Origin: an uncultured Acidobacteriota bacterium
GTDB taxonomy: Bacteria; Acidobacteriota; Thermoanaerobaculia; UBA5066
DNA: 64,000 nucleotides
NCBI GenBank assembly: GCA_963779415.1
Contig: CAVZYA010000003.1
Span: 96,001-160,000, forward strand
Direction of reading: 5' to 3'
This document shows positions 11,129 through 19,708 of the stretch, piece by piece; positions within the stretch are counted from its first letter, which is position 1; every line of letters starts with the position of its first letter. Below the pieces are notes generated by a model. It worked only from the letters and a program-made list of their open reading frames with translations, did no database searches and was not told the DNA's origin. A program made the position numbers and the translations under genes.

Positions 11129-13801
11129 TTACTTCTGGAGTTCCGGTTTCCAGTTCAGAACCACCGTGATCGGCGTCGAGCTCCCCTCGGCGAGCGTGTT
11201 GATCAAGAACGTCCGTCCGTCGGGGGAAACGTCGTACGCCGTCCCCGTGTATCGCGAACGGGTCTCGAAGAGCGGCCGGGGCGCCGAGCCCCCGAGGGTC
11301 TCCCCCGGACCGATCTCCACCGACGTGAGCTTCCTGTCCCGTGCGAGAAAGAAGAGCTCCTTCCCGTCGCGCCCCCACCTCGGCTGGCCGCCTCCTTCCG
11401 AGGAGACCTGCCACTTCCCTCCGGGACCCGGGAAGGGGACGACGTAGACCTCGTCCCGGCCGGTTTCGTCCGAGGCGTAGGCCATCCAGCGTCCGTCCGG
11501 CGAGAACCGGCCTCCCGTCTCGTTCGCCTCCGAACGGAGAAACGGCGTCGCCCGGCGATCTCCCGCGAGGGGCAGGACCCAGAGATCCCACTTCGTCCTC
11601 GGGTTCAGACTCTGAAACGCCAGAAGGCGCCCGTCGGGCGACCAGTCCGTCGGCCAGGCGAGCTCGCCCGATTTCAGGAGCAGCTCGTCGGCGCCGACAC
11701 CGCTCGCTGCGATCAGGTGGAACTCCGAGGCCCGGCCGATGTCCGATTCGTAGGCGATCCTCCCTCCGTCCGGAGACCAGATCGGCGTGTGCTGGAAGGA
11801 GCCGGCGAAGGTGAGCTGCCGGAAGACGCTCTGCGGCGACTCGACGACCCAGATGCTCGAACCCCCCGTCTCGTGATTGATCCTCATGGCCGCCGCACGC
11901 CGGCCGTCCGGGGAAAGGACGGGGTCTTCGTAGTCGTCCGGCGGGCCCCCGACGCCGGCCGCCTTACCGCTCCGGTCGTACCATGCGAGCTGCGAGACCG
12001 CCGACGACGCTCCGGCCTGATAGGCGACCGTGCCCCCCCCCACTGAAAAGACGGCGCTCGAGGTATTCAGGTAGTTCTGGACGTTCGACGCGACGGGCCG
12101 ATCCTCTCCCGTGAACTCCAGGCGCTTCGCGTCAAAGGGCGCCGCCACCAGGATCCCTTCCTTCACCAGGAGGACGTATCCCGGCAGGGTGTAGGCGACG
12201 CTCGAGTTGGCGCGCCGGAGCATTTTCAAGGCCCCGCTCTCGAGCGACCCGACCCAGAGCGCGTTTTCCGGGTTGTCCCGCCTCGCCACCGAGCTCCTGG
12301 CGAGAAAGAGAAAGTGGTGGCCGTCGGGCAGGAAGACAGGCCATCGATGGGTCCCTTCCTGCCGCGACTCGTCGAGCTTCGTGACGGCCACCGGCGTCCC
12401 CCCGGCCGCGGAGACCCTGGAGAGCGAATCGTACGGTCCCGGGGCGAAGACGATCACCCCCTCGCGGTTCCACGTTCCCCCCCTCGCCATGGGCGCGTCG
12501 CACAGAGATTGCGCGACGCCGCCGGCAGAGGGGATCTTCTTCAGCCTTCCATCTGCGAAGAACCCGATGAATGCGCCGTCGGGCGACCAGAACGGGTAGG
12601 ACGCGCCGTCGGTCCCCGAGAGCGCCTGCGCGGAGAGGGCATCGAGCCGGCGAAGGAAGAGAAGCTTGCGACCTACGGGCGTCGTGGCGACGAAGGCCAC
12701 GCGGCTCCCGTCGGGAGAAACGGCGAGCGGGCCGGCGTCGCGGCCGATGAAGTTGAAGCTGCAGCCGTCCGGCGGCGGGATGGAGAAGCGGACGACACGG
12801 GGAGTGGTCGCCGGGGAGCGCAGCAGCAGAAAGGCGAGGAGTCCCCCCAGGAGAACGACCGCGGCTCCCCAGGCGAGTCTCTCGGCCCGGTGGCGAGGCG
12901 CGGTCGGGAGGGCCTTGCCCTCGGAGAATCCCCCCTCGAGAATGCCCGCGATCTGAAGCCTGACATCGTGCGCCGTCTGCCAGCGCTCCTCCGGATTCTT
13001 GGCGAGGCAGGCTTTCACGAGGCGGTCGAGAGGCGGCGGCGCCAGAGGCCGGATTGCGGAGACGGGCGGAGGGTTCGCGGTCAGGATCGCGGCGGTAATG
13101 GCCGCAGGACTCTTCCCTTCGAAGGCCTTCCGCCCGGTCGCCATCTCGAAGAGAACCGCGCCGAATGCGAAGAGGTCGCTCCTCGCGTCGGCTTCTTTCC
13201 CTTCGAGCTGCTCCGGCGACATGTACTGGATGGTTCCGACGACGACGCCGCTCGCGGTCAGCGGGGCCGCGGCGGGGGCTTCGGTGGGGCCGGAGGTCAG
13301 ATCCACGGGCGGGCCTTCCGTGGGCGCGCCGGCCTTGGCCAGGCCGAAGTCGAGCAGCTTGACGCCGGAGCGCGTCAGGACGATGTTGCCCGGCTTCAGA
13401 TCGCGATGAACGATTCCGGACCTGTGCGCGGCCTCGAGGCCCGAGGCGATCTCCGACGCGATCCGGAGGAGCTCGTCGAGAGGGAGAGACCCTTTCGCGA
13501 TCCGCTCGGCGAGCGTCGCCCCCTCCAGATACTCCATGACGAGGTAATCGGTCTCGTCGTGCCGTCCCACGTCGTACAGGGCGCAGACGTGAGGATGGGA
13601 CAGCGACGCGATCGCCCGGGCCTCCCGCTCGAATCTCAGGCGGCTCTCCGGGTTCTCGGCGAATCGAGCCGGGAGGACCTTGAGGGCGACGATCCGGCCG
13701 AGGCGCGTGTCCTTCGCCTTGTAGACCTCTCCCATCCCGCCCGCGCCGATCGGAGCGACGACTTCATACGAACCGAGTCGGACGCCGGACGCGAGAGTCA
13801 T
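11129..13801 (-). CDS. Hanks-type Ser/Thr protein kinase with TM and C-terminal TolB-like/PD40 beta-propeller
   Basis: IGAGGMGEVY, VALKVL, HRDLKPGN, LDFGLAK, YMSPEQ; repeated SPDG propeller blades. Confidence 0.93.
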   Translation of the reverse strand: MTLASGVRLGSYEVVAPIGAGGMGEVYKAKDTRLGRIVALKVLPARFAENPESRLRFEREARAIASLSHPHVCALYDVGRHDETDYLVMEYLEGATLAERIAKGSLPLDELLRIASEIASGLEAAHRSGIVHRDLKPGNIVLTRSGVKLLDFGLAKAGAPTEGPPVDLTSGPTEAPAAAPLTASGVVVGTIQYMSPEQLEGKEADARSDLFAFGAVLFEMATGRKAFEGKSPAAITAAILTANPPPVSAIRPLAPPPLDRLVKACLAKNPEERWQTAHDVRLQIAGILEGGFSEGKALPTAPRHRAERLAWGAAVVLLGGLLAFLLLRSPATTPRVVRFSIPPPDGCSFNFIGRDAGPLAVSPDGSRVAFVATTPVGRKLLFLRRLDALSAQALSGTDGASYPFWSPDGAFIGFFADGRLKKIPSAGGVAQSLCDAPMARGGTWNREGVIVFAPGPYDSLSRVSAAGGTPVAVTKLDESRQEGTHRWPVFLPDGHHFLFLARSSVARRDNPENALWVGSLESGALKMLRRANSSVAYTLPGYVLLVKEGILVAAPFDAKRLEFTGEDRPVASNVQNYLNTSSAVFSVGGGTVAYQAGASSAVSQLAWYDRSGKAAGVGGPPDDYEDPVLSPDGRRAAAMRINHETGGSSIWVVESPQSVFRQLTFAGSFQHTPIWSPDGGRIAYESDIGRASEFHLIAASGVGADELLLKSGELAWPTDWSPDGRLLAFQSLNPRTKWDLWVLPLAGDRRATPFLRSEANETGGRFSPDGRWMAYASDETGRDEVYVVPFPGPGGKWQVSSEGGGQPRWGRDGKELFFLARDRKLTSVEIGPGETLGGSAPRPLFETRSRYTGTAYDVSPDGRTFLINTLAEGSSTPITVVLNWKPELQK

Positions 13802-14367
13802 TTCGCCGGCGGGGCCGGTGGCTCGTACTTCAGGACGGCGTTACGGACCGTAGGGACCGTCTTCAGATAGGCGAAGAGAGCCTTGAGGTCCTCATCCGTC
13901 GCTTGTCCATAAGCCTGCCACGGCATCGGCGGCTGAATCTCCCGCGAGGAGCCGACGTGCTTGCCGGTCCTCATCGCGCGGAGGAACATCTCCTCGGTCC
14001 AGACGCCGATCCCGGTCGCCTTGTCCGAGGTGAGGTTGATCGCGTACGTGACGCCCCACGGCCCGGAGAACGCCGTGTTCGTCGCCGCGCCGGACCAGAT
14101 CCAGGGTCCGACGGGCGAGGGCGCCGCCGGCATCTTCAGATCCTGCGGGTGACCCGAGAGGAGCTTCGCGGCGTCGGGTTCGGGCCCTTTCGGCCCCATC
14201 TTCATCGGCGTGTGGCAGTCCCCGCAGTCGAGGATCGTGGCGAGGTACTTCCCGCGCGTCACCCGCGACTCCCCGGCGGGCGGGGCGCCAGCCGAGAGGG
14301 CCGCACCGAACCCGAAGAGGAGGGCCGCAAGCGCCATTCCTCCGATCGGACGGAAGGTCTTCTTCAT
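13798..14367 (-). CDS. Periplasmic c-type cytochrome
   Basis: Signal peptide, single CGDCH haem motif, NLTSDKATGIG and PPMPW distal-ligand motif; ATGA overlap with the kinase. Confidence 0.85.
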   Translation of the reverse strand: MKKTFRPIGGMALAALLFGFGAALSAGAPPAGESRVTRGKYLATILDCGDCHTPMKMGPKGPEPDAAKLLSGHPQDLKMPAAPSPVGPWIWSGAATNTAFSGPWGVTYAINLTSDKATGIGVWTEEMFLRAMRTGKHVGSSREIQPPMPWQAYGQATDEDLKALFAYLKTVPTVRNAVLKYEPPAPPAK

Positions 14368-14502
14368 GGATTGATTCTCCTTCTCGCAGTCGGTTCTTCG
14401 CGGAGTCTACGCCATCGAGTCGGCAATCCTCGTCGTCACGGTTCTCTTCTAGATCCGGCGCCTCCCCGCTTGAGCCTGGCGTCCGATGCGAATGAAGGAA
14501 GA

Positions 14503-14549
14503 AGGATGCAAGCAGAATGCTTGCATCCTGACTCCTTCCGGCCTACTCT
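14503..14549 (+). promoter_or_regulatory. Sigma70-type promoter with overlapping palindromic operator for the TA operon
   Basis: TTGCAT (14521-14526), 17 nt, TACTCT (14544-14549); perfect 12-bp inverted repeat AGGATGCAAGCA-gaa-TGCTTGCATCCT (14503-14529) covering the -35. Confidence 0.75.
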
Positions 14550-14564
14550 TTCATCGGAGGGCGG

Positions 14565-14822
14565 ATGTCGACGCTCCACGTACGGAACGTTCCAGAGACG
14601 CTTCATGAGAGGCTGCAAGCGCTGGCCCGGGCCGATGGGCGCTCGCTGAATGCCCAGGTTCTGACGCTTCTCGCGCGGTCTGTCCGCGAATCCCAATCGG
14701 TGCCTGGCGTCGTGGAGATCCTCGCGAGGGCACGACAGATCCGCGGCCGCAAGCCGGCTCGTCGGCGCGGCCCGTCCAGCCTCACCCTTCTCCGCGACGG
14801 GAGACGGGAACGAGGGCGCTGA
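14565..14822 (+). CDS. FitA/Arc-like ribbon-helix-helix antitoxin (VapB-type)
   Basis: MSTLHVRNVPETLHERLQALARADGRSLNAQV is a typical RHH; GGAGG SD; directly upstream of a PIN gene. Confidence 0.85.
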   Translation: MSTLHVRNVPETLHERLQALARADGRSLNAQVLTLLARSVRESQSVPGVVEILARARQIRGRKPARRRGPSSLTLLRDGRRERGR

Positions 14823-15265
14823 TCCGCCCTCCCCGCTCGTTCGTCGTCGACGCGAGCGTCGCCGTCAAACTCTTCATTGAGGAAGCGGGCTCCGCCCAGG
14901 CCGAGGCGCTCTTCGCGACCCTCGCCGGGACGGAGGCGACTGTCATGGCCGCGCCCGATCTCCTCTTCCCCGAGTGCGCGAACGTCTTTCGGAGTCGGGT
15001 TCTCCGGCGGCTGATGTCCGCTGAGGCCGCGCGGGAGGCCTTCCGAGCGCTCCGATCGCTTCCGATCCAAGTCGTCCCACTCCTCGAAATCTCCGAGGAC
15101 GCGCTGGACCTTGCGCTTCGATACGACCTGTCCGTCTACGACGGTTGTTATTCCGCGCTCTCCGCGCGGCTCGATGTTCCGCTCGTCACGGCCGACCGGC
15201 GGCTCTTGAAGAAGCTGGCCCGTACCGGCGTGCGAACGATCCATCTGGAGTCGATGGCGACCTGA
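14819..15265 (+). CDS. vapC: VapC-family PIN-domain toxin (probable CTG start overlapping the antitoxin stop)
   Basis: In-frame reading upstream of the tracked ORF gives (L)IRPPRSFVVDASVAVKLF with the first PIN Asp; then APDLLFPECANVF, LSVYDGCY, LVTADRRL. Confidence 0.85.
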   Translation: MIRPPRSFVVDASVAVKLFIEEAGSAQAEALFATLAGTEATVMAAPDLLFPECANVFRSRVLRRLMSAEAAREAFRALRSLPIQVVPLLEISEDALDLALRYDLSVYDGCYSALSARLDVPLVTADRRLLKKLARTGVRTIHLESMAT

Positions 15266-15281
15266 CCGGCGGCGGAATCTG

Positions 15282-17252
15282 TCAGCGTGCTTTCCCGGCT
15301 TCCTTCGCCTTCCACTCCGGGCGCTCGTCCCAGCCGAGCCGGTGTGCCGTCTCCTCGTTGATCGTTCCGTCCTCGTTGAGAGTGCCGTTGGCCTTCAGGC
15401 GGCGGACGCTCTCGGCAGGGAGTCCTTTCGCAAATGTGTCGTCCTTCGAGCGGGGCACGAACATCTGGTTCTCGACGATAGGCTGATGATCCGCGAAGGC
15501 TTTTCGAACTCCGTTGACCATGTAGTCGAACTCCACGTCCGCCGACCCCTTGATGACGATCCGGTTCAGGTCCTTGCTCACGCAGGCAAGAACAGCAAGG
15601 TCACCACTGGGAAGGGCCTGTATCGTCAACCCGCTGGCGCTCGTGACCATCCGGAAGTCCTCGGGCACCTCGATCGTCGCGAAGCCGCCGACGATCCGCG
15701 CCGTGCCGCGGAAGTACGTTCCCGCCTCGGGTCCTTCGAGGCAGACGTATCGGATCTCCTTGGTCGGGTCGGTCGGATGCGGCTCGACGAAGTACTTCGC
15801 TCCGTCACCCAGGAAGGCGCCGTGGGAAAAGACGCCGTATCCCGGTCCGCCGAGGTATCCAATCGTCCCGCCGGCGGCATGTCCAATGACGCCCGCGGCA
15901 TTACCACCGTATGTGGATCCCTCGATGGCGTTGTTCACGTCGCTCGATGCAAAGATGCCACGCCCAGAACTGGACTGCGCATCCACACCATCGCCGGAGC
16001 CCGAATAGGCCGAGACTCCGGGCCCGTTTGTCGATCTTCCCAAGACACCGGCGTCGCCCGTGCCCGTTACGACCCCGTACACACCATAGCCAGTGCCGCC
16101 GAGATAGCCGTCGTTGTTGGTGGCGGTGCTGTGCCCGTGGACTCCGAAACCGTTATTGATCTGCGTGATCCCGGAAACCCCGGCGTAGCTTCCACCTCCG
16201 GTGGACGTGCCGACGACGACATCGGCGCCGGCCGCCGTCAGGCTCAGGGGCACCGCGACCGACAGCTTCGATCCCGACGTCCCGTTGCCGACGAGGGTGC
16301 CGTCGTGCGCTACCGCCGTCAGGCCTCCTCCCCCGCCCCCGGCGGCGTCGATCGTGATCGTGTTGCCTACCTGGCTGACCGTCGTGTTCACCCCCGCGGC
16401 GATCGTGACGGCGCCCGTGAGCCCGTTCAGGCTCGCCACGCCGGCACCGAGCAGGCTGTCCTTGAAGCTCATCTCGAATCCCGCCGCATCGTTCGAGCCG
16501 GGGACGGCCGTCGTCCCGGCCACCTGGGTTCCGTAAAGAAGGACCTTGCCCGCCCCGGCGAGCACCTCCGCCAGGAGAATCGCGTTCGTCGTCGAGATCG
16601 CCGGCGAGAAGCCCGCAAACGCATTCACCTGCCGCGCCTCGAAGGCCCCCAGGTCGTATTGCTGAACCCCGAGGCTGGCGCCGGTTGCGTCCTTCACGGT
16701 CACTCTCACCGACACCGGATGACCCGTCGTCTCCACGAGACCGAAGTTGTAGCGGTAATTCTCCAGGGGACCGTTCGTGATCCCCTGCAGCCGCGACACG
16801 TCACCGGCTCCGAGGGCAAAGGTGGCGGGAATCCCCGAGAAGAAGAGCGCCTTGACGTCCTTCAGCTCCGTGCCGGGCGGCTGGTCGTACGTCCTCGACG
16901 AGACGAAGACCTCCTGGTCCGAGACGACGTGCAACGCTCCGCCCCCGGACTCCCCGAGGTACGTCACGACGTCGTCGATACGCTGCGTGGCCCCCGCCGC
17001 GATCACCTCCGTCTTCGTCGTCGGAGCGGGGTTCGTCTGACCCTGCCGGAGGAACTGGATCGTCACGTTCGCCGGAGCACCGCCCAGGTTCGTCACCCAG
17101 AGCGTGGAGTAGAACTGGCTGCCGCCAGTCCCGGGGGTCCGGGCCGTCGCCGGGATGAAGACGTTCGTCCCGGCGAAACCCGCCTGAAGACGGGTCGCGA
17201 ACAGAATGAGAACGAGCAAAGCGGACAGCCGGCACACGCAGCGAGAAATCAT
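15282..17252 (-). CDS. Secreted fibre-like protein, paralogue A: signal peptide, N-terminal module, Gly-rich GVxG repeats, C-terminal EGPE domain
   Basis: ATG 17252 with AAGGAG SD; MISRCVCRLSALLVLILFATRLQA signal; VASLNGLTGAVTI; GVYG/GVHG repeats; YFVEPHPTDPTKEIRYVCLEGPEAGTYFRG. Confidence 0.75.
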   Translation of the reverse strand: MISRCVCRLSALLVLILFATRLQAGFAGTNVFIPATARTPGTGGSQFYSTLWVTNLGGAPANVTIQFLRQGQTNPAPTTKTEVIAAGATQRIDDVVTYLGESGGGALHVVSDQEVFVSSRTYDQPPGTELKDVKALFFSGIPATFALGAGDVSRLQGITNGPLENYRYNFGLVETTGHPVSVRVTVKDATGASLGVQQYDLGAFEARQVNAFAGFSPAISTTNAILLAEVLAGAGKVLLYGTQVAGTTAVPGSNDAAGFEMSFKDSLLGAGVASLNGLTGAVTIAAGVNTTVSQVGNTITIDAAGGGGGGLTAVAHDGTLVGNGTSGSKLSVAVPLSLTAAGADVVVGTSTGGGSYAGVSGITQINNGFGVHGHSTATNNDGYLGGTGYGVYGVVTGTGDAGVLGRSTNGPGVSAYSGSGDGVDAQSSSGRGIFASSDVNNAIEGSTYGGNAAGVIGHAAGGTIGYLGGPGYGVFSHGAFLGDGAKYFVEPHPTDPTKEIRYVCLEGPEAGTYFRGTARIVGGFATIEVPEDFRMVTSASGLTIQALPSGDLAVLACVSKDLNRIVIKGSADVEFDYMVNGVRKAFADHQPIVENQMFVPRSKDDTFAKGLPAESVRRLKANGTLNEDGTINEETAHRLGWDERPEWKAKEAGKAR

Positions 17253-19480
17253 CGAAGTCTCCTTGTTGAGACAGGATATCAACCAGAGGCTTCGTTCACC
17301 AGTCCCGGGACTGGTCACGGGTGATCCTCGTCCCCCGCCACGACGTGATCCGAGAGGGATCTACGGAGGGATTCTCAGCGAGTTGGTCCGGCTTCCTTCG
17401 CCTTCCACTCCGGCCGTTCGTCCCAGCCGAGCCGGTGCGCCGTCTCCTCGTTGATCGTCCCGTCCTCGTTCAGGGTGCCGTTGGCCTTCAGGCGGCGGAC
17501 GCTCTCCGCAGGGAGCGCCTTCGCGAACGTGTCGTCCTTCGAGCGCGGCACGAACATCTGGTTTTCGACGATCGGCTGGTGATCCGCGAAGGCCTGCCGG
17601 ACGCCGTTGACCATGTAGTCGAACGCCACGTCCTTCGACCCCTTGATGACGATCCGGTTCAGGTCCTTGCTCACGCAGGCCAGCATCGCAAGGTCGCCGT
17701 TCGGCGTGACCTGCACCGTCAGCCCGCTTTCGCTCGTGACGATCCGGAAGTCCTCGGGCACCTCGATCGTCGCGACTCCGCCGACGATCTTCGCCGTGCC
17801 GCGGAAGTACGTCCCCGCTTCGGGTCCCTCGAGGCAGACGTACCGGATCTCCTTCGTCGGGTCCGTCGGATGCGGCTCGACGAAGTATTTCGCCCCGTCG
17901 CCGAGGAAGGCGCCGTGGGAGAAGACGCCGTAACCCGGACCGCCGAGGTATCCGATCGTCCCGGCGGCCGCGTACCCGGCGACACCGGCGGCAGTACTCC
18001 CTTCCGTCGAGCCCTCGATGCCGTTGTTGTGCACGCTGAACGCAGCGACGCCGCGGCCCTGTTGAGAAGACGCCTGGATGGCATCACCCGCCAAGGTGCT
18101 CCCGTAGACGCCGACGCCGGTGCCAGATCCTACCCCTTCTATCGCGACGCCGCCGTTATCGCTCATTCCAACGACGCCCGCGTAGGCATGGCCAAGGTAC
18201 CCGTCCGTGTTCGCGTAGTTGTTGTGTCCGTGAACTCCCGAGGAAAACTCGCCATTCGTCTGGCCATAGATCCCGTCGCCACTACTCGACTGGCCGTAGA
18301 CGCCTTTGCCACTGCCGGCCTGGCCCATCACCCCGTTGCCGCTGGCGTCCGTCGCGACACCGTAGACACCGTAGTCGTTTCCCCCGAGGTACCCGTCGGT
18401 GTTGTTGTTGTTGCTGTGCCCGTGGACGCCGAAGCCGCTGTTGCTCTGGGTCACCCCGTAGAAGCCGGCGACGCTGGCGAAATTGCCCGTCGTCGCGGTG
18501 ACCACGTCGGCACCTTGGGCGCTGAGGGTCAGGGGCACCGCGACCGACAGCTTCGATCCCGACGTCCCGTTGCCGACGAGGGTGCCGTCGTGCGCTACCG
18601 CCGTCAGGCCTCCTCCCCCGCCCCCGGCGGCGTCGATCGTGATCGTGTTGCCTACCTGGCTGACCGTCGTGTTCACCCCCGCGGCGATCGTGACGGCGCC
18701 CGTGAGCCCGTTCAGGCTCGCCACGCCGGCACCGAGCAGGCTGTCCTTGAAGCTCATCTCGAATCCCGCCGCATCGTTCGAGCCGGGGACGGCCGTCGTC
18801 CCGGCCACCTGGGTTCCGTAAAGAAGGACCTTGCCCGCCCCGGCGAGCACCTCCGCCAGGAGAATCGCGTTCGTCGTCGAGATCGCCGGCGAGAAGCCCG
18901 CAAACGCATTCACCTGCCGCGCCTCGAAGGCCCCCAGGTCGTATTGCTGAACCCCGAGGCTGGCGCCGGTTGCGTCCTTCACGGTCACTCTCACCGACAC
19001 CGGATGACCCGTCGTCTCCACGAGACCGAAGTTGTAGCGGTAATTCTCCAGGGGACCGTTCGTGATCCCCTGCAGCCGCGACACGTCACCGGCTCCGAGG
19101 GCAAAGGCGGCGGGAATCCCCGAGAAGAAGAGCGCCTTGACGTCCTTCAGCTCCGTGCCGGGCGGCTGGTCGTAGGTCCTCGACGAGACGAAGACCTCCT
19201 GGTCCGAGACGACGTGCAGCGCTCCGCCCCCGGACTCCCCGAGGTACGTCACGACGTCGTCGATCCGCCGCGTGGCCCCCGCCGCGATCACCTCCGTCTT
19301 CGTCGTCGGGGCGGGGTTCGTCTGCCCCTGCCGGAGGAACTGGATCGTCACGTTCGCCGGCGCGCCGCCCAGATTCGTCACCCAGAACGTGGAGTAGAAC
19401 TGGCTTCCGCCGGAGCCGGGGGTCCGGGCCGTCGCCGGGATGAAGACGTTCGTCCCGGCGAAACCGGCCTCAAGGCGGCT
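16245..19480. repeat. Tandem duplication: 16245-17200 matches 18530-19485 (offset 2285); 15290-15870 matches about 17385-17965 (offset about 2093)
   Basis: Direct comparison, e.g. 16261 gacagcttcgatcccgacgt equals 18546. Confidence 0.9.
17298..17315. repeat. Perfect 18-bp palindrome ACCAGTCCCGGGACTGGT between the two paralogues
   Basis: Self-complementary by direct reading; about 45 nt upstream of the paralogue A start. Confidence 0.7.
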
Positions 19481-19538
19481 CGTGAAAAGAACGAAGACGA
19501 GCAGAGCGGACAGCCGGCACGCGCAGCGAGAAGATCAT
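17375..19538 (-). CDS. Secreted fibre-like protein, paralogue B (longer repeat region); apparent +1 frameshift just after the start codon
   Basis: Near-identical to paralogue A at N- and C-termini; start ATGATCTTCTCGC versus ATGATTTCTCGC in A (one extra C); AAGGGGG SD. Confidence 0.72.
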
Positions 19539-19619
19539 CGATTCCCCCTTGTTGCGACAGAATATCAACAGGAGTCCTCCGTCACCAGCCACGCCGGCGA
19601 GTCAATGGCGCTCAGTCCG

Positions 19620-19650
19620 AAAAGGAAAAGGGCCGGCTTGCGCCGGCCTC
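19620..19650 (-). terminator. Rho-independent terminator after rpoC
   Basis: Minus strand GGCCGGC-GCAA-GCCGGCC followed by CTTTTCCTTTT; a second 13-bp stem at 19667-19696. Confidence 0.75.
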
Positions 19651-19708
19651 ATGGAAGAACGATCGGCGGGGGAAACCCGGTTGCGGGTTTCCCCCGGGCC
19701 CCCTTCCG

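Noticed and set aside
15282-19538. Diversity-generating retroelement or invertase shufflon behind the fibre paralogues
   Set aside because: No reverse transcriptase or recombinase in the window; differences are not adenine-specific; copies are direct, full-length genes
14400-19600. Prophage or integrative element carrying the TA pair and fibre genes
   Set aside because: No integrase, capsid, terminase or att-like direct repeats seen; the fibres have signal peptides
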